Below, in pieces: positions 60,202 to 64,000 of a DNA stretch of 64,000 nucleotides. The position numbers and the translations under genes are program-made. A model generated the notes under the pieces. That model saw nothing but the letters and a program-made list of their open reading frames with translations. It made no database searches and was not told where the DNA came from. Position 1 is the first letter of the stretch. Each line of letters begins with the position of its first letter. Origin of the DNA: an uncultured Muribaculaceae bacterium (GTDB lineage Bacteria > Bacillota_I > Bacilli_A > RF39 > UBA660); the NCBI GenBank assembly GCA_964370475.1, contig CAYJJI010000003.1, positions 14,389-78,388 on the forward strand, in the 5' to 3' direction.

Positions 60202-60245
60202 AGATCCTCCTTATAATAGTTTATTGATTTATTTTTTATTTATAC

Positions 60246-63200
60246 TTATAGTTTTATTAATTCTTCATTAATAATAGAATACAAATATATATTTACTTCT
60301 TTATTACTTATTTTTTTGATGTACTCTTTATATCCATTTAATTGTTTTATATATGCATCATCACTAACTTTACTTAGTTTATAATCTATTATGTTTATTG
60401 TATTACTATCTTCGATTAATAAATCTATTATTCCGTGAGTATTATCATTTATGAATTCATATTCTTGATATACATTACACTTTTTGATGTTTTTAAATAG
60501 ATCATTTTTTATTAATTTGTTTATTTTGTTTTTTATGAATTTATCTTCTATTAATGTTTCATCATAATTTTTAAAGTCGATATATTCTAATATTTCATGA
60601 AATTTTAAACCTAGTTCTATGTTTGTTTTTTCTTCTTTAGTTATTAATTTCTTTGTAGCTTTAGAATATCTTTTATTTAGTATCTCTTCATTTATAATAT
60701 TGATTTCTTTAACATTAATAGTTTCATTTATTGTATTGATTTTTTCTTCTTTTATTTGATTATATAAGTAATTTTTTGTTAGTCCTAAGTTATTTATTTC
60801 TATTTTTTCTTGATATATCTTAGTTATTTTATTTAATGAATACAACATCTTTGCAATTGATTTATATTTTGTTCTTATAGTGTTACTTACTATTCCGTTG
60901 TTTATTATTTCTAGTTCTTCTTTTTTTGGATTAGGAAGGAACATAATAAGTTGTTCTCTTGCTCTTGTCAGAGCAACATAGAAAAGTCTTATTTTTTCGG
61001 AAATTTCTTCTTTTAAATAATCGTCTTTTACTAGAACGTCCATTACCGTCTTTGTTATACCATAATCTTTATCATAGTACGGAATTATTATTCCGTACTT
61101 TTGATAGTATAAGAATAAATCATTTAAATCTTTAATATTAAATTGATTTGATAACGACGGAAAGTAACATATAGGATACTCTAAACCTTTTGAACCATGA
61201 ATAGTCATTATATATACGGCATTAGTTGTTGATTCGTGATTTTTGTATTTTAAATCTAATCCTTTTTCTATTAAGCATTCTAGATGTTCTATTGTTTTTT
61301 TTATATCATAACCTTTATCTGCTAACGAATTAATTATATCTATTAGTTTTTCCATTCTTATTAAAGCATTACTTGGGTCGTGAAGTTTTATTGTTTTTAT
61401 TTCATAATCCATAGTATTTATTATTGATTCTATTATTTGTTTTAAGTTAAGGTCGTTTATACTTTTAGCTATTTTAGACATATCATTATATAATTTATTA
61501 TTTTTGAAATCATTATCTTTAAAGCAATTAAATATTTCTTGATCTGATAATTCATATATGTATGATCTTGCTAATGATATGAATGATGTTTTAAACTTAT
61601 AATAGTCTTCTCCTGATGCTATCGCGTTTATCATTATTAGTGCATTAGTGATGACTGTTAATTCAGCACTTTCGTTTAGTTTATCATCTTTTTTTATTGA
61701 TGAAGGAATATTTAAGTATTCAAATATTTTTTTGTATAAATTAAAATTTGTACTCTTATCTACTATTACCGAGAAATCTTTATATTCAATATCTCTTAGT
61801 GAATTAGTGTTTTTATCAAATACTTGGTATTTTGATTTTATTTTTTCTGTTATGTCATTTGCTATCTTAAAAGCTTCTATTTCTGTATTTGTGTAGTTAT
61901 CTTCTTTATTATAGGTGAATATTTTCATATTATATTTTGGATCTATATTTTTGTTATCATCATACATTTTGTTACCATAATACATTTGGTGTGATTCTTC
62001 GTAGTTAGCTCCCCCTATTTCATCATCCATAAGTGGTCTGAATAACAAATTAATGTCATCTAACACTTCTGATCTTGAACGAAAGTTATTTAACAGATCT
62101 ATTTTGAATCCATTATTTCCTTTAGCATAGTTATCATATTTATTTTTAAATATATATGGATTTGCATTTCTAAAACGATAAATTGATTGTTTAATGTCAC
62201 CAACCATATAAACGTTATTATTTTCTATGTAAGATACAAACGTTTCTTGAATATCGTTTGTATCTTGGTATTCATCAATCATTATTTCTTTAAATGAGTA
62301 TTTAAGTTCATTTCTAGCAGATTCATGATTTTTTACTATTTCTATAGCTAGTAGTGCTATTGATTGAAAGTCGTATATTTGATTTTTTATTTTGTACTCA
62401 TCTAGAGTTTTATAGAATTTTTTTAATATATTAATTATTATTTTTGTATTAGTTTTGTTTTTTAATATATCATTTATTATTTGTTCTGAATTTCCATAAC
62501 TTATTAAATCTTTATAGTTTTTTATTTCATTTTTTACATAAGTGTAAAATTCTTTTACCTCTTCATCGCTATTTCTTGGAAGCATTGGTGGTTTTAGGTT
62601 ATTTATAAGAGCAAATTCTTCGATTGTATTTGCTTTATATAAATAACTTAGTGAAGAGTTTATTTTTTCATAGAAGTCGTTATCTATTAATACTTTAAAT
62701 TCTTCTACTATTGTTTTAACTTTATCTCTAGCTCCCATTAAAATTTTATTATAGTCTTCTTTTATTGTTTGATAATTTTCTTCGTTGTAGAAATTTTCTA
62801 TATAATTATCTAGATATTCTTCTTTATTTGGGAGTAATGCTATTTGGTTAGTAATTTTTATTAGCGAATCAAATATTTGTTGATCGTTTTTTGTACAATA
62901 GTCTTGAATGAATTTTTGAAATTCTATATCTTGATATGATTCATCTAAAATATCTCTTAGTATTTTAGTTTTTTGGATAGTTAATGTTGATTCATCAGTT
63001 ATGTCTATATCTTTTGGAATGTTTAATAAGTAGTGATATTTCTTTACTATAGATAATGCAAATGAATCAAATGTTGTTACATATGCTGTATCTATTAGTT
63101 CTAGTTCCTTTGTTAATGTTTCATCTTTTTTTATTAAACTTCTTATTCTATCTTTCATTTCTGCTGCTGCGTCTTTAGTAAATGTTAATATAAGTAATTC

Positions 63201-63353
63201 ATTGATATGAGTTCCCTCTTTTAATATTTTACCTGTTCTTGCTGTTAATACTGCGGTTTTACCAGAACCTGCTCCTGCACTAACTATTATATTAGTGTCA
63301 CTTTTATCTATTGCTAGTTGTTGTTCGTTAGTCCATCTTGGCATTTTCTTCAC
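60246..63353 (-). CDS. addA: ATP-dependent helicase/nuclease subunit A (AddA; UvrD-like helicase + C-terminal PD-(D/E)xK nuclease)
   Basis: 1035 aa. SAGAGSGKT, DEYQDTN and helicase motifs. C-terminal GIIDLLIED…IIDYKLSK nuclease motif. Confidence 0.8.
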   Translation of the reverse strand: MKKMPRWTNEQQLAIDKSDTNIIVSAGAGSGKTAVLTARTGKILKEGTHINELLILTFTKDAAAEMKDRIRSLIKKDETLTKELELIDTAYVTTFDSFALSIVKKYHYLLNIPKDIDITDESTLTIQKTKILRDILDESYQDIEFQKFIQDYCTKNDQQIFDSLIKITNQIALLPNKEEYLDNYIENFYNEENYQTIKEDYNKILMGARDKVKTIVEEFKVLIDNDFYEKINSSLSYLYKANTIEEFALINNLKPPMLPRNSDEEVKEFYTYVKNEIKNYKDLISYGNSEQIINDILKNKTNTKIIINILKKFYKTLDEYKIKNQIYDFQSIALLAIEIVKNHESARNELKYSFKEIMIDEYQDTNDIQETFVSYIENNNVYMVGDIKQSIYRFRNANPYIFKNKYDNYAKGNNGFKIDLLNNFRSRSEVLDDINLLFRPLMDDEIGGANYEESHQMYYGNKMYDDNKNIDPKYNMKIFTYNKEDNYTNTEIEAFKIANDITEKIKSKYQVFDKNTNSLRDIEYKDFSVIVDKSTNFNLYKKIFEYLNIPSSIKKDDKLNESAELTVITNALIMINAIASGEDYYKFKTSFISLARSYIYELSDQEIFNCFKDNDFKNNKLYNDMSKIAKSINDLNLKQIIESIINTMDYEIKTIKLHDPSNALIRMEKLIDIINSLADKGYDIKKTIEHLECLIEKGLDLKYKNHESTTNAVYIMTIHGSKGLEYPICYFPSLSNQFNIKDLNDLFLYYQKYGIIIPYYDKDYGITKTVMDVLVKDDYLKEEISEKIRLFYVALTRAREQLIMFLPNPKKEELEIINNGIVSNTIRTKYKSIAKMLYSLNKITKIYQEKIEINNLGLTKNYLYNQIKEEKINTINETINVKEINIINEEILNKRYSKATKKLITKEEKTNIELGLKFHEILEYIDFKNYDETLIEDKFIKNKINKLIKNDLFKNIKKCNVYQEYEFINDNTHGIIDLLIEDSNTINIIDYKLSKVSDDAYIKQLNGYKEYIKKISNKEVNIYLYSIINEELIKL

Positions 63354-64000
63354 CTCCGCTTGTTTTTTCTATCTTAATGTAGTTAGATTCATTTTTATAA
63401 CATATTCCTTGATATTTACAATACATACAACCATCGATTGTTTTATCATCTTTTTTAGGATTGATTTGAAAATTAGCACCATTAATATTATTTATTGCTT
63501 CATTTATTTTTTGTTCTGCTATGTTGTTTAATTTTTCGAAATCTTGATCATTAAGTAACTTAGCGTGTTGATAGAAGCCGTTTGCTGTTGTTTTTAAGTT
63601 GTTAATCATTTGAGAGTTATTATAACTACTATCTAATTTTTTTATTACATCTTGATCTTGATTAGTATATCCTTTTAGTTTTAAAGCTTTTATTTTCTTT
63701 TCAATTATTTTTTTACCATCATTGTGATATGGTTTTTCTAGTAATTGATGAATATATATACCTGCTATTCTTGCATTTTTTATTACTTGACTACGTTTAG
63801 CCAAATAGATGTATATTGGTAATTGCATTCCAATACCATGTTCTATATTATTTAAATTTATTTCAGCACTACCTGTTTTGTAATCTATTATAGATACTAG
63901 GGTTTGTTCTTGTTCTTCTAAATAGTTTATTTTATCGACAAATCCTTTAAATGTTACATCCATATATCCATTATATGGGACTTCTATTTTTTCTTCATAT
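63328..64000 (-). CDS. addB: Helicase/nuclease subunit B (AddB), C-terminal nuclease/Fe-S part; N-terminus beyond the window
   Basis: IIDYKTG… PD-(D/E)xK block and a C-terminal Cys cluster (CMYCKYQGICY). Overlaps the addA start, the standard addB-addA order. Confidence 0.55.
   Translation of the reverse strand, partial: YEEKIEVPYNGYMDVTFKGFVDKINYLEEQEQTLVSIIDYKTGSAEINLNNIEHGIGMQLPIYIYLAKRSQVIKNARIAGIYIHQLLEKPYHNDGKKIIEKKIKALKLKGYTNQDQDVIKKLDSSYNNSQMINNLKTTANGFYQHAKLLNDQDFEKLNNIAEQKINEAINNINGANFQINPKKDDKTIDGCMYCKYQGICYKNESNYIKIEKTSGGEENAKMD

Noticed and set aside
1-64000. Mollicute-style genetic code (UGA=Trp) suggested by the extreme AT content
   Set aside because: Multiple ORFs longer than 700 aa are uninterrupted under the standard code. 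Endospore genes (spoVA, cotJ, sigF-like) indicate a Firmicute using table 11.

Overview
This is a very AT-rich (low-GC) chromosome segment from an endospore-forming Firmicute. It reads in the standard genetic code: ORFs longer than 1000 aa are intact, so a UGA=Trp Mollicute code is ruled out. Most genes are on the minus strand. I see no rRNA, tRNA or CRISPR array.

Recognisable housekeeping genes:
- scpB (N-terminal fragment at the window edge) and scpA
- rimP–nusA–ylxR–infB–rbfA–truB operon
- rpsO–pnp
- trmL
- addB (C-terminal part) and addA at the right edge
- phosphoketolase (xfp)
- perR–rubrerythrin
- a MacB-type ABC exporter

Sporulation genes:
- SigF/SigG-like sigma factor immediately upstream of spoVAC–spoVAD–spoVAE
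- cotJB–cotJC
- a DacF-type D-Ala-D-Ala carboxypeptidase

Envelope and surface genes:
- LCP-family protein
- CPBP intramembrane protease
- GT2–TPR glycosyltransferase
- a 1098-aa membrane-anchored protein with two pectate-lyase-type beta-helix domains and a 21-bp coding tandem repeat
- a class-B sortase with an unusual large N-terminal domain, divergently paired with an NPETG-anchored substrate

The most unusual region is a roughly 13-kb minus-strand locus (about 46.3–59.6 kb). It contains three SipW-type signal peptidase genes: one canonical, one fused to a roughly 550-aa C-terminal domain, and one lacking both catalytic residues. It also holds six TasA/camelysin-superfamily secreted proteins (five large paralogs with a TFAWF/TYAWF signal end and a conserved C-terminal WLEGQD…NFGFTKQQ block, plus one classical small camelysin-like gene on the opposite strand). 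A membrane-anchored McrB-like AAA+ GTPase and an unknown partner are translationally coupled between the SipW genes. I know of no described system with this combination. It may be a previously undescribed SipW-dependent fibre or surface-assembly apparatus.
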